NCBI GenBank assembly: GCA_023391815.1
Contig: JAEWAF010000023.1
Location: 14,663-78,662 of the forward strand
DNA: 64,000 nucleotides
From: Pseudomonadota bacterium
Lineage (GTDB): Bacteria; Pseudomonadota; Gammaproteobacteria; Steroidobacterales; Steroidobacteraceae
Reading direction: 5' to 3'
Of this stretch, positions 27,622 through 36,999 are shown in pieces. Made by a program: the position numbers and the translations under genes. Numbering within the stretch: the stretch's first letter is position 1; each line of letters opens with the position of its first letter. The notes below the pieces were generated by a model. The model was not told the DNA's origin. It searched no databases and saw only the letters and a program-made list of their open reading frames with translations.

Positions 27622-28005
27622 CTACTTCCCGTTCAGACTGAACCGCCCCGGCCCGAGCAGCGCCAGCGCGATGGCGGTGAATAGAAACATTCCCTGGAGC
27701 TCGAGGGCCCAGCCACCGGTTTCGCTCAATCCGAGCAATTGATTTCGGTGCACCAGGCCAAATGCGAACAGCATATTGATCGCGATCAGCGCCGCGCCGA
27801 TTCGGCTGTACCAGCCGAGCAGAACCAGAATCGGCGCAGCCACTTCACCGACATAGACGCCATAGGTGACGAAGGCAGGCAGACCGGCGCCGGTAACCAC
27901 ACCTGACAGGCCGCCGACGCCGCCTTTGAGTTTCGCTATGCCGTGCAACAGGACCAGGATGCCCAGCGCCAACCGAAGAATCAGCTTGCCCGTGCTCTCG
28001 TTCAT
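27622..28005 (-). CDS. DoxX family membrane protein
   Basis: LILRLALGILVLLHGIAKL......GWALELQGMFLFTAIALALLGPGRFSL. 127 aa, four TM segments. Confidence 0.85.
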   Translation of the reverse strand: MNESTGKLILRLALGILVLLHGIAKLKGGVGGLSGVVTGAGLPAFVTYGVYVGEVAAPILVLLGWYSRIGAALIAINMLFAFGLVHRNQLLGLSETGGWALELQGMFLFTAIALALLGPGRFSLNGK

Positions 28006-28052
28006 GTGCGCGCTCCCGTTGAGACGAGCGCCATTGTAGACCCAGCCGGGGG

Positions 28053-28940
28053 CTATGACTTGGACGCTTGTGACGCCAGTTTATCTTGCGTCCTGATCTC
28101 GAAGTCACTGGCATCGTGACGCTCGTGCAACTGGCTCGCGGGATCGCCGGTGGTACGATTCACCATCCGGCCACGGACGAGGGCCGGGCGTGCGAGGAGC
28201 GTGTCCGCCCAGCGCAGCACGTTCTTGTATTCGTGCACGGAAAGGAACTCGCCGGCATCGTACAGCCAGCCTTTGACCATGCCGCCATACCACGGGAACA
28301 CGGCGATGTCGGCGATGGTGTATTCGTCGCCCGCGAGATACTCGCTGTGCGCGAGCCGCCGATCGAGCACATCGAGCTGACGTTTGGTTTCCATGGCGTA
28401 ACGGTCGATCGCGTACTCGATCTTCTCGGGCGCATATGCATAGAAGTGCCCGAATCCGCCGCCGACGAACGGCGCGCTGCCCATTTGCCAGAACAGCCAG
28501 GAAAGACACTCGGCGCGCGCACCGGGTCGAGCAGGAAGGAACGCGCCGAATTTCTCCGCGAGGTACAGCAGAATGGCGCCGGACTCGAACACACGAATCG
28601 GTTGCGGGCCCGAGCGATCCATCAGCGCAGGAATCTTCGAGTTCGGATTCACTTCGACGAAGCCGCTGCCGAACTGCTCGCCCTGCTTGATCCGAATCAG
28701 CCAGGCATCGTACTCGGCGCCCTGGTGACCGAGCGCGAGCAACTCTTCCAGCATGATTGTGACTTTCTGCCCGTTCGGTGTGCCGAGCGAATACAGCTGC
28801 AGCGGATGTTTGCCGACAGGCAGCGCCTTGTCATGCGTGGGGCCCGCGACCGGGCGATTGACGTTCGAGAACTCGCCCCCGTTGGGCTTGATCCAGCTCC
28901 AGACTTTCGGGGGCGTGTAAGCGGTCGCGTTGTCGGTCAT
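28053..28940 (-). CDS. yghU: Nu-class glutathione S-transferase (YghU-like)
   Basis: YTPPKVWSW...GGEFSNVNRPVAGPTHDKALPVGKHPLQLYSLGTPNGQKVTIMLEELL...NPNSKIPAL are hallmark YghU/YfcG N-terminal blocks. ATG at 28940. Confidence 0.9.
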   Translation of the reverse strand: MTDNATAYTPPKVWSWIKPNGGEFSNVNRPVAGPTHDKALPVGKHPLQLYSLGTPNGQKVTIMLEELLALGHQGAEYDAWLIRIKQGEQFGSGFVEVNPNSKIPALMDRSGPQPIRVFESGAILLYLAEKFGAFLPARPGARAECLSWLFWQMGSAPFVGGGFGHFYAYAPEKIEYAIDRYAMETKRQLDVLDRRLAHSEYLAGDEYTIADIAVFPWYGGMVKGWLYDAGEFLSVHEYKNVLRWADTLLARPALVRGRMVNRTTGDPASQLHERHDASDFEIRTQDKLASQASKS

Positions 28941-29091
28941 AGGGCACCTGGTCGGCTGGCGGAATCCTCGTGGCTGAAGAATGAAAGAGCCGGCCTCGCG
29001 TTCCAAGCGAGGCAACTCAGTCGTGCTCATCAGGCAAGGATCGCTCCGCCGTTAACCGGCGCAACTGCCCTTCCGGGGCCCGCGCTACCAA

Positions 29092-29577
29092 CTAAGGCAA
29101 CAGCGTCCCCTGATCCGCCACCGCGAGCCACTTGCCGCGATTGTAGGTGTAGCTCACGCCGGTGAGCGCGCGCTGGTGAAACCCGTTCGAGGGAATGTCA
29201 TAGGTTGTTTCGTAAAGAATGAACGCGGTCTTGCAGCCATCGACGACGCGATAGCGCTCGGTCCAGGCCCACACGGCTTCACGATTCTCGAAGTGGGAAC
29301 GTAACGCTTCCATGACCGCGTCGACCCCGTAACGGGCCGCGCCGCTGGCGAAGACGGTGGTGGTTTCCGGATGGTGACCTGCTCTGAACGTCGCCGCGTC
29401 GTAGTCGCGAAAGGATTCCATATCGACTCGCTGCGCACGCTCGAACTGGCGCGCGCAACCGGCGGCAACGGCAGCGGTGTCGAGCTGCTCGGACGACGGC
29501 GACGCATTGGTCGCTGCCCATACGCCGATGCCGGTGAGGATCAGGCCCAGGCCCAGGTAAGCGGGATTCGGTCGCAT
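29092..29577 (-). CDS. Hypothetical exported/anchored protein (NTF2/SnoaL-like fold suspected)
   Basis: MRPNPAYLGLGLILTGIGVWAA anchor, then a roughly 130-aa alpha+beta-looking domain. ATG at 29577 has GGAG 8 nt upstream, and the longer track ORF overlaps the TBDR 3' end. The fold guess is weak. Confidence 0.6.
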   Translation of the reverse strand: MRPNPAYLGLGLILTGIGVWAATNASPSSEQLDTAAVAAGCARQFERAQRVDMESFRDYDAATFRAGHHPETTTVFASGAARYGVDAVMEALRSHFENREAVWAWTERYRVVDGCKTAFILYETTYDIPSNGFHQRALTGVSYTYNRGKWLAVADQGTLLP

Positions 29578-29677
29578 GCTCTGCTCCATAAGATGAGTGC
29601 CCGAGACGTTGTACGTCATCGGGCACTCGGGGCTCGCACACGAAGCGATGCTCGGCGATACAAATCGCTGAAGCTTT

Positions 29678-32161
29678 CTACCAGAGGTATTTGGCCTGGA
29701 AATTGATCTCCCGGCCTTCCAGCGGACGGGCCAGCACCACGCCGCCCGTGCCGGCGGCGACACCGAAGATACGTGAGTTGCTTTCAGTGAGACCGAGCTC
29801 GTTGGTCACGTTCGTGCCACGCACGGCGAACTGCCAGCTCTCGCCGATGAGCGCCTGAATGCCGAAGTCCCAGGTGTAGTACGAGCCCAGCTCCTGCAGC
29901 CCGGACTGATCCTGAGTGCGATCGCCGATGTGCGTGTAAGTCACGAAGGCGTCGACGTCACCCCAGTCGAAGGGGAACCGATAGCTCGGTGTGAGCATGT
30001 ATCGAAGCTTCGGCTGGCGTTGCAGCTGTTGGCCGTCGATGCGCGCGCAGCCATTGCCGGTCACGATGTTGGTGTACGGCACGCAGGCATCGTAGTCGGT
30101 GTACTTGCCGTCCAGATAATTCGCGACCACCTGGAAGCGGAAGTTGTCCCACATCGTTAGCGCGCCGATGAAGTTCACGCCCTTCGACTCGGAGCCGTAG
30201 TACAGCTTCTCGCCGGTCTGCACGCCCTGCGCGTCGGTTTGCTGGTACTGCAACCCGGTGAAGTCGCGGAAGTAGGCACTGATGTCCGCGTACAGCAGCT
30301 CGTTCTGAAACTTGAAGCCGGCTTCATAGTTTCGAACCACTTGAATCGGCGGCAGGTTGTCGCTGGTGCTGCCACGGATGCCGTTGTCGAAATCCGCGAA
30401 GTGACCGCCGCGATTGACGCGCCCATAGACGGACATCGAGTCGGTGAAGCTGTAGTTCGCGCCCAAGGTCCACGAGGTGAAGTCCTTGTCGTAGTCCGTG
30501 ATCGCCAGCGTGCCGTTACAGACAGGCACTGAGTTGTTATAGAGCGTCAACGGATTGCCATCCAGATTCACGTTGGTCAGGTTGCATACGCGGTTGGTGG
30601 CATCTTGGTTCTCGAAACGAACCGACGCATCCAGCAGCCACTTGTCGATGCGCCACGAATCGGACAGATAGAACGCCTTGTTGAACGCGTGGCCGCGCTG
30701 GCTGATGTTGAACGCGCCGTAATCCAGGAATCCTTGCGGGTCGGTGAGCTGGAAGGTCTGGCCGCCGTCGACGTAGCTGACGGTGATCGGCCTGGCGTTC
30801 GGCGTGTTGGTCATCAACATCTGATTGCCCAGCGCCCACTCGTCGTCCATCGTGTAATAGGCCAGGTACAGGCCGAGGGTCAGCGTGTTGCCCTCGAAGA
30901 CTTCCTTGCTGAGCCGAAAGTCGTTGTTGAAGTTCGCCAGTTCCTTGTGAATGAACCACCAGCCCTGGTGAATGACATCCTGATTGCCTGCGACTGCGCC
31001 GCCACCCACGTAGGTCGCGGTCGCCGAGCCCACCGGGAGATCGAAGCCGCCGAGATCCGTTGAAATGTTGTACAGCATGTCCGTCAGCAACGCGGGATTG
31101 CTACCGGAGAACAGCGCGTTCGTGTCGACGTCGCCTTGATTGGCGAGGAGCTTGTTACTGATCGACCAACCATTGTCGAACTCGTGATCGTAGTTGGCGC
31201 CGACGAACCACATATCGGCGCCGCGGCCGTTGGCGAGATCGGCGTTGGTGCCGCCGTTCGGATAGCCCGGCAGATGCACGTGCTGAATCGCTTTGCTGTA
31301 GTAAGTCCCCGTGAGCGGATCGAATCCCGGATAGGCGCTGAACTGATCCGTCCCCCGCTGAATCACCGGGATCGGCGTGATGAACTGATTCTTGTCGTTC
31401 AGATAACGTGCATACAACACCAGATCGCCGCGATCGGACTCGCGCTTCAAGGTCGCGGTCAACTGACCGCCCTCGTCCGCCGCGAACTGCGGATCGCGCA
31501 CACCATCGGACGTTCGCCAGAACCCGCCGACGCTGCCATACCAACCGTCGGCGACCTTGAAGCCATAGAAACCATCCAGCCGCCAGAGATTCTCATCTCC
31601 ATACGTGAGCCCGACGCTGCCGGAGGGCTCGTCGGTGCCGGTCTTCAACAAAAAGTTCGAGGTCGCGCCGATCTGGCCGCCGGCGAACACCACCGATGGA
31701 CCACCTTGCAGAATCTCGGCCGCGCGGACGGTGTCGTCGAGACGAATGATGCTGGTGGTTTCGAAGAACGACAGCGTGGGCATGCCGTAGACCGGCGAGC
31801 CCATCAGCAACGATGTGAAATACGGCGCGTCGCCGCCGCCCGGAAAGCCCGCGATCTCGATGTTCGCGCCGGTCTGGCCACCGGTCGATTCCGGCCACAG
31901 GCCCGGTGAGATCTTCAACAGGTCCGCCGTGCTCTTGGGATTCGCCTGCCGGATCTGCTCCTCGTTGGCGGTGACGATGTTGTAACTGGCCTCGAGCTTC
32001 TTGACCCCGCCCAGCGCACTACCGGTAACAACTACAGTCTCGAGGCCCGTCGCCGGCGCCTCCGGTTGGTCCGGTGCTTGTTGTGCTTGAACGAGGACCG
32101 GTGTGAAAGCGGTGACCACGGTCACCCAACCGGCACGTCGACGGTGCAATTTGTTCTGCAT
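29678..32161 (-). CDS. TonB-dependent receptor
   Basis: Signal peptide, TonB-box/plug region (LETVVVTGS...ANPKSTADLLKISPGL), long beta-barrel, terminal aromatic (...FQAKYLW). ATG at 32161 (MQNKLH). Confidence 0.92.
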   Translation of the reverse strand: MQNKLHRRRAGWVTVVTAFTPVLVQAQQAPDQPEAPATGLETVVVTGSALGGVKKLEASYNIVTANEEQIRQANPKSTADLLKISPGLWPESTGGQTGANIEIAGFPGGGDAPYFTSLLMGSPVYGMPTLSFFETTSIIRLDDTVRAAEILQGGPSVVFAGGQIGATSNFLLKTGTDEPSGSVGLTYGDENLWRLDGFYGFKVADGWYGSVGGFWRTSDGVRDPQFAADEGGQLTATLKRESDRGDLVLYARYLNDKNQFITPIPVIQRGTDQFSAYPGFDPLTGTYYSKAIQHVHLPGYPNGGTNADLANGRGADMWFVGANYDHEFDNGWSISNKLLANQGDVDTNALFSGSNPALLTDMLYNISTDLGGFDLPVGSATATYVGGGAVAGNQDVIHQGWWFIHKELANFNNDFRLSKEVFEGNTLTLGLYLAYYTMDDEWALGNQMLMTNTPNARPITVSYVDGGQTFQLTDPQGFLDYGAFNISQRGHAFNKAFYLSDSWRIDKWLLDASVRFENQDATNRVCNLTNVNLDGNPLTLYNNSVPVCNGTLAITDYDKDFTSWTLGANYSFTDSMSVYGRVNRGGHFADFDNGIRGSTSDNLPPIQVVRNYEAGFKFQNELLYADISAYFRDFTGLQYQQTDAQGVQTGEKLYYGSESKGVNFIGALTMWDNFRFQVVANYLDGKYTDYDACVPYTNIVTGNGCARIDGQQLQRQPKLRYMLTPSYRFPFDWGDVDAFVTYTHIGDRTQDQSGLQELGSYYTWDFGIQALIGESWQFAVRGTNVTNELGLTESNSRIFGVAAGTGGVVLARPLEGREINFQAKYLW

Positions 32162-32217
32162 GAGTCCCCCTGGATTGGCGCGTATGTAGCGGCCGCGATA
32201 CATGTAACCAACCGATG

Positions 32218-32248
32218 ACAACGTTGTTTTGTCTATCACCAACAAAAC
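32218..32248. promoter_or_regulatory. Palindrome ACAACGTTGT overlapping inverted repeat GTTTTGT-N9-ACAAAAC in the TBDR leader
   Basis: Read directly: 32218..32227 is a perfect 10-bp palindrome. 32226..32232 and 32242..32248 are perfect 7-bp inverted arms. The elements sit 57-87 nt upstream of the TBDR ATG (32161). Confidence 0.3.
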
Positions 32249-32304
32249 TTATTGGAAATAGGTTGTCTACGCAGACGCTAGCAGGCGCGGGCTAGCGGCA
32301 AGCA

Positions 32305-34614
32305 CTACGCGCCAGAGGCGGTCGCGGTTTCGGTGGTGTCGGCTATTTTCAGGCTGAGCGAGAACGTGGCGCCTTCGCCCGGCACCGACTCCGCCCACAC
32401 TTCGCCTTCCATGCGCTGAACGGCTTTGCGCACCAGTGCCAGACCGATGCCCGTGCCTTCGTAACCGGAGGCATGCAAACGATTGAAGATCTCGAAGATC
32501 TTGTCGCGGTATGCAACGTCGAAGCCGATGCCGTTATCGCGAACTTTGAGCAGATAGCGGCCGTACTCGATGCGGGATTCGATATCGATGCGTGGCTGGG
32601 GCCGCTGGCGGGAAAACTTCAATGCGTTCTCGATCAGATTGGTCAGCGCGATCCGCAACCCTTCGCTATCGGCCAGCACCGGCGTGGCGTCCAGGTCGAG
32701 GTGCACCTCGGCCCCCGCATCCTGTATACGATCGCTCATGGCGTTGACCAGCGCTCGCACGAAGGCCCGGCAGTCGATCGGGCGCAACCGCTGCTCGCGA
32801 TGTTCCAGTCGCGAGTAGTCGAGCAGATCGTCGATCAATCCGGACAGCCGCACCGAGCCGTGTCGAGCGCGCTCCAGATAGCCGCGTTCCGCCTCGGTCA
32901 ATTTGCTCGACGCGCTTTGTTCGAGCAAAGCGCAGAAGCCGTTGATCGCCCGCAGCGGCGCCTTCAGATCGTGTGCGACGGCATGCGCGAAGTTGCGCGA
33001 CTCGCGATACGCATCGGACAGCTCACGTGTGCGCTGGGTAACGCGGCATTCGTGAGCGTCGGCGAGCTCGCGATAGCGCTGCTCGCTCTCGCGGAGCGAC
33101 TGCTCCAGCTCCTTGAATGGAGTGATATCGACCAGCGATCCCGCCACTCGCACCGGCCGCCCCCGGGCATCGAGCAAAGACGAGCCTTGCGCCAGCATCC
33201 AGCGATAGGAACCGTCACGATGCCGCAAGCGGTGCTCGACGGTCAGCTCGGCTTCCGGATGGTGCAGAAAGCGCTCCAACATGCCCATCACCTTGGCGTA
33301 ATCGGCCGGATGCAGCCGTTTGCTCCACTCCGTGAAATCGTCAGTAAGCTCATGCTCGGCGTAGCCGAGCTGGCGCTTCCATTCGCGAGAGAGACGAACC
33401 GCGTTGGTCGCCGGCTCCCATTCCCACAGCCCGACGTGACCGGCACGCGCGGTCAGATCGATCATCCGTTCCAGGTCACGCCGTTGAGCATCGACGTCTC
33501 GGAGCCGTTCGCGAGCGCGCATCAGAGCGTTCGCGGAGCTGTCGAGTGCAAAACGAAGCTGCTGTCCTCGCCAATACAACCAGGCTTCGCGCGAAGCGAG
33601 GATCGCCGCGAACACGACCAGAACCGCCGTTCGCAAATGAACCAGGCGCGCGGTCGATTCCCCCGCGAGCCAGATGGTGGAAACGCCCACCCAGAGCAAT
33701 AACAGCGAAGGCACCAACGCCTCGACCAATCCCTGACTCTGCCGAACCGTCAGCGACTCGACGCCACCGCGCACCTTGGCGCTGACCTGCTCTTCGGCGG
33801 CCCACTGATGAAGCGCGAAAGCGAGCAGCCAGCCGCCATTGAAAAGACTCGCCGTCTGGTAGCTGTCACCGATGAGCGCGCGCGTGTAGAGCAATCCGGT
33901 GATCATGTGCGCGCCGAGCGACAGCGTGAGCAGGCTGTAAGCCTGGAGTCGGTGGCCCCATCGATATGACCACAAGAAATAGACGGCGACGAGAAACGCG
34001 ACGGTGATGGTGCCATTCTCGACCACGACGACCAGAGCATCCGCCAGTTCGCCCGGCATCTTCTCGAAAGGCCGCGCCAGCGTGGTGATCAACACGGAGG
34101 TGAGACTGCACAGGATCAAGCCGAAATTGGCCACCCGCAGCCAGATCAGCCGGCGTTCCTGCTGAGTCGCGCGCAACACGAACAGGCCGAGCAACATCAA
34201 GGGACCGAACAACAGATAGCCGATATCCGCGTAACTCGGAAACGGCGACTCGATGCCGAAATACACCTCCAGCACGTCCCAGGCGATTTGCCCGGCCGCC
34301 CACGCGCTACAAGCGAGCGCAAACAGCAGCCAGGCGATCCGGTCCCACCCTCGCGACGAGAGGACCGCGCGAAAACTGCTGATGGCCGCGAGCGAGGCCG
34401 CGACCGTCCACGCAACGTCGTTGATGATCGAGGCTGTCCGGCCGCCGACTACGCCGCTCGCAATGAAGGCCGTGTGCAACAGCAGGGCAATAGCCCATGC
34501 TTTCACGAGCGGCCTGACCCCCTTTGCGCTGCTGTCGTGTTCCTTCGGGCCCGACGCGGTGGCCGCGCCTGTGAACTTGCCCTCACCCGCTACCATCGGT
34601 GCCAGGCTCTGCAT
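32305..34614 (-). CDS. Multi-TM sensor histidine kinase (membrane sensor domain, PAS, HisKA, HATPase_c); no adjacent response regulator
   Basis: About 8 predicted TM helices in the first 340 aa, a PAS-like block (GLWEWEPATNAVRLSREW...HPAD), H-box FAHAVAHDLKAPLRAI, N box LIENALKF, G boxes RDNGIGF and GTGIGLALVRK. Confidence 0.9.
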   Translation of the reverse strand: MQSLAPMVAGEGKFTGAATASGPKEHDSSAKGVRPLVKAWAIALLLHTAFIASGVVGGRTASIINDVAWTVAASLAAISSFRAVLSSRGWDRIAWLLFALACSAWAAGQIAWDVLEVYFGIESPFPSYADIGYLLFGPLMLLGLFVLRATQQERRLIWLRVANFGLILCSLTSVLITTLARPFEKMPGELADALVVVVENGTITVAFLVAVYFLWSYRWGHRLQAYSLLTLSLGAHMITGLLYTRALIGDSYQTASLFNGGWLLAFALHQWAAEEQVSAKVRGGVESLTVRQSQGLVEALVPSLLLLWVGVSTIWLAGESTARLVHLRTAVLVVFAAILASREAWLYWRGQQLRFALDSSANALMRARERLRDVDAQRRDLERMIDLTARAGHVGLWEWEPATNAVRLSREWKRQLGYAEHELTDDFTEWSKRLHPADYAKVMGMLERFLHHPEAELTVEHRLRHRDGSYRWMLAQGSSLLDARGRPVRVAGSLVDITPFKELEQSLRESEQRYRELADAHECRVTQRTRELSDAYRESRNFAHAVAHDLKAPLRAINGFCALLEQSASSKLTEAERGYLERARHGSVRLSGLIDDLLDYSRLEHREQRLRPIDCRAFVRALVNAMSDRIQDAGAEVHLDLDATPVLADSEGLRIALTNLIENALKFSRQRPQPRIDIESRIEYGRYLLKVRDNGIGFDVAYRDKIFEIFNRLHASGYEGTGIGLALVRKAVQRMEGEVWAESVPGEGATFSLSLKIADTTETATASGA

Positions 34615-34730
34615 TGACGACTGGTTTCAACAGTAATCGCCGCACCTGCCGTCGGTTCCCTGGCACTGCAATGATGCGATTGTGCTAAGCAGCAGGCAGC
34701 GAGGCGCGCGCCCCGCCGCCCGAGCGTCGC

Positions 34731-35525
34731 TTATTGTTGTTCAGACTTCTGCACCGGCGGCAGCTTGGCGCTGATTTCGGACACCTTGTCCTGACCGGCG
34801 ATGGCGCAGACCGGATGCGAGAAATCATTCGCCAGACTCGGCACCGGCACCATGCCCATGTAGTTGATGTTGTCATCCCCCGCCGCACTCACGCCGCCCG
34901 GCACGAAATCCAGATTCAGCGTGTGCCGGGTTCGCCACGCGATGTTGTGATCGGCGCACGAAGTGTCGCCGCTCACGCCGATGGCGCCGAGCAGTTGCTG
35001 ATTCTTGTCGTAGAGCGCGAGACCGCCGCCAAACACATTCACGCCACCGATACGGAATCCGACCATGGGATCGTTCGACTGGCCATAGTTGGCTGGATTG
35101 CCGCGATAGGCGACCGCTGTGTCGACGGGATTGCTGAACTGGAGTCCGAACAGCGTTCCGCCGGGCTGCACGGCCGCATACAAGTCCGCGGTGGAGAGCG
35201 CCAATGTCGGCAGGCTGAAAGCGTTCGCGGTATTTGCCTTCTGTGCGGATATGACTCTGCTGCCCGGCCACTGCGCGCCGCGATTGTCACCGGTGAAGGC
35301 AACCGCACACACGACGCCGTCGCGGTCGACGACCGCGCCCCACATATCCAGATTGAAGCCGCCATTGTTTTGTTGCCGCGCCGCCGTCAACGCCGATTTC
35401 AACTGTGAATACGATGGTAACGAACCGCACTTGCCGTTTACGGTGGTCTGCGCGTGGGCAGTCGTCGCGATCGAAATCGTCACAAGTGCGGCCGCGCACC
35501 ACGATGGTCGAAGATTCGTGTTCAT
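34731..35525 (-). CDS. Exported GlcG/HbpS-like (DUF336) haem-binding family protein
   Basis: Signal peptide (AAALVTISIATTAHA). Core AVVDRDGVVCAVAFTGDNRG...SRVISAQKANTANAF...GGVNVFGGGLALYDKNQQLLGAIGVSGDTS matches GlcG family blocks. Confidence 0.85.
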   Translation of the reverse strand: MNTNLRPSWCAAALVTISIATTAHAQTTVNGKCGSLPSYSQLKSALTAARQQNNGGFNLDMWGAVVDRDGVVCAVAFTGDNRGAQWPGSRVISAQKANTANAFSLPTLALSTADLYAAVQPGGTLFGLQFSNPVDTAVAYRGNPANYGQSNDPMVGFRIGGVNVFGGGLALYDKNQQLLGAIGVSGDTSCADHNIAWRTRHTLNLDFVPGGVSAAGDDNINYMGMVPVPSLANDFSHPVCAIAGQDKVSEISAKLPPVQKSEQQ

Positions 35526-35779
35526 GAGTTTGCTCCTCGTGTTCGCTGCGAGTGATGGGACAACGGATCACGCAGACGGGACGTGAGCGGCGGGACTGCT
35601 ACGCTCCGGGTATTCCTGCAGCAAATTCCAATGGTGCGCCCTGCACATGAATTCGACGGAGCCGGATACATCACGCGTGGCAATGACCACCGGCTGCTTA
35701 TACGCTCGTGACGTTCAACTCACATTCCGCATTTGGGGCGCCGCGAGCGCGCCGCGGCACTCAACTTCAGATGTCGCAA

Positions 35780-36997
35780 TCACCACCGCGATTGCGGTTG
35801 CGGTTGAAAGGTTGTCGCGGAGGGCTTGGAGGCGAAGGACGTCACGCTCAGGTCGTAGAATGTTTCCAACAGCGCCGTGCATTTTTTCAGATCGAAACGT
35901 TCGCAGGCTCGCGCGCGAGCCGCCGACGACGTGACAGCGGCCAATCGATCGTCGGCGAGCAATGGGATCAACGCCGCCGAAAGTGCATCTACGTCTGCTT
36001 CAGGAAATCCGTAGCCGGTGACACCGTGCTCGATGGCTTCGCCCTCACCGCCGCGCGCCGAGGTGACGACGGGAACGCCGGCCGCTTGTGCTTCGATGAT
36101 CGCGATACTGAGCCCTTCGGCATCGCCACTCTTCGCCGTGATACTCGGCAGACAAAACACACGCGCCTGCTCCATCTCTGCTTTGACCCTCGCATGAGGA
36201 ACAGCAGCAAGAAACTGCACGGACACTTGCAACGACCCAGCGAGCGCTCGACAGCTTTCGAGCAAAGGACCGTCGCCGATCATGACCAACTCCGCGTCGC
36301 TCACCCGGCGGCTCACTTCAGCGAAGGCCTTGATCAGGATGTGCGGCCCTTTTTTCTCGACCATTCGACCGACGAACAGAATGCGCGGTCGACGCTGCTC
36401 GACGGGCGCGCCGGCGGGCGAGAACTGATCGGTGTCGACGCCAATGTAACGAACTACGATGCGATCCGCCGGCAAGCCGAACTCGATCGCGCGTGCCTTG
36501 ATCGCTTCGCTTACGGCGATGAACTGCACTCGTTCATCGCGACTGATCGCCAGCAATCGCTGCGGATATTTGCGACTGGCCCGCCAGCTCCGCCGCCAGA
36601 CATCGGGATGGATATTGATGTCATAGCCGTGCAGCGTCGTGAGGATCGGTATCTGCAAGCAATCGAGCATCGGCCACAGCGAGACCAGGTCCGTACCGAA
36701 ATGCACGTGAGCGATGGCTGGATTCAAGCGTCGCAGTTGATCATGCACGCCGGGCGGGGGCAAACCGAACTCTCGCAAGGCTGCTCTCAAAACATGTGGA
36801 ATCGGACGGTTCTTCCGCGTGGTGAGCAGTTGGCAATCGAGCTGCGCCAGATCCAGCCCATCGACGTAGCGCAGCCCCATCAATCGAGCGCGCCAACGTT
36901 GCAACGCCAGTACCTGATGACGAATGAATGTTTCGGAAAGCGGCAGCAGACTGGTGCGGAAGACTAGCGCCAGGGGACGATCGTCGGCGTCGGCCAC
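35780..36997 (-). CDS. Glycosyltransferase family 4 (GT-B, group 1)
   Basis: C-terminal EGLSIAIIEAQAAGVPVVTSARGGEGEAIEHGVTGYGF is an E-x7-E-type motif. GTG start 2 nt after the pcm stop. Confidence 0.88.
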   Translation of the reverse strand: MADADDRPLALVFRTSLLPLSETFIRHQVLALQRWRARLMGLRYVDGLDLAQLDCQLLTTRKNRPIPHVLRAALREFGLPPPGVHDQLRRLNPAIAHVHFGTDLVSLWPMLDCLQIPILTTLHGYDINIHPDVWRRSWRASRKYPQRLLAISRDERVQFIAVSEAIKARAIEFGLPADRIVVRYIGVDTDQFSPAGAPVEQRRPRILFVGRMVEKKGPHILIKAFAEVSRRVSDAELVMIGDGPLLESCRALAGSLQVSVQFLAAVPHARVKAEMEQARVFCLPSITAKSGDAEGLSIAIIEAQAAGVPVVTSARGGEGEAIEHGVTGYGFPEADVDALSAALIPLLADDRLAAVTSSAARARACERFDLKKCTALLETFYDLSVTSFASKPSATTFQPQPQSRW

Positions 36998-36999
36998 CG

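Noticed and set aside
32162-32304. Cobalamin (or other) riboswitch in the TonB-receptor leader
   Set aside because: The leader is only about 140 nt long, and I see no B12-box-like element. The palindromes there are better explained as an operator or hairpin.
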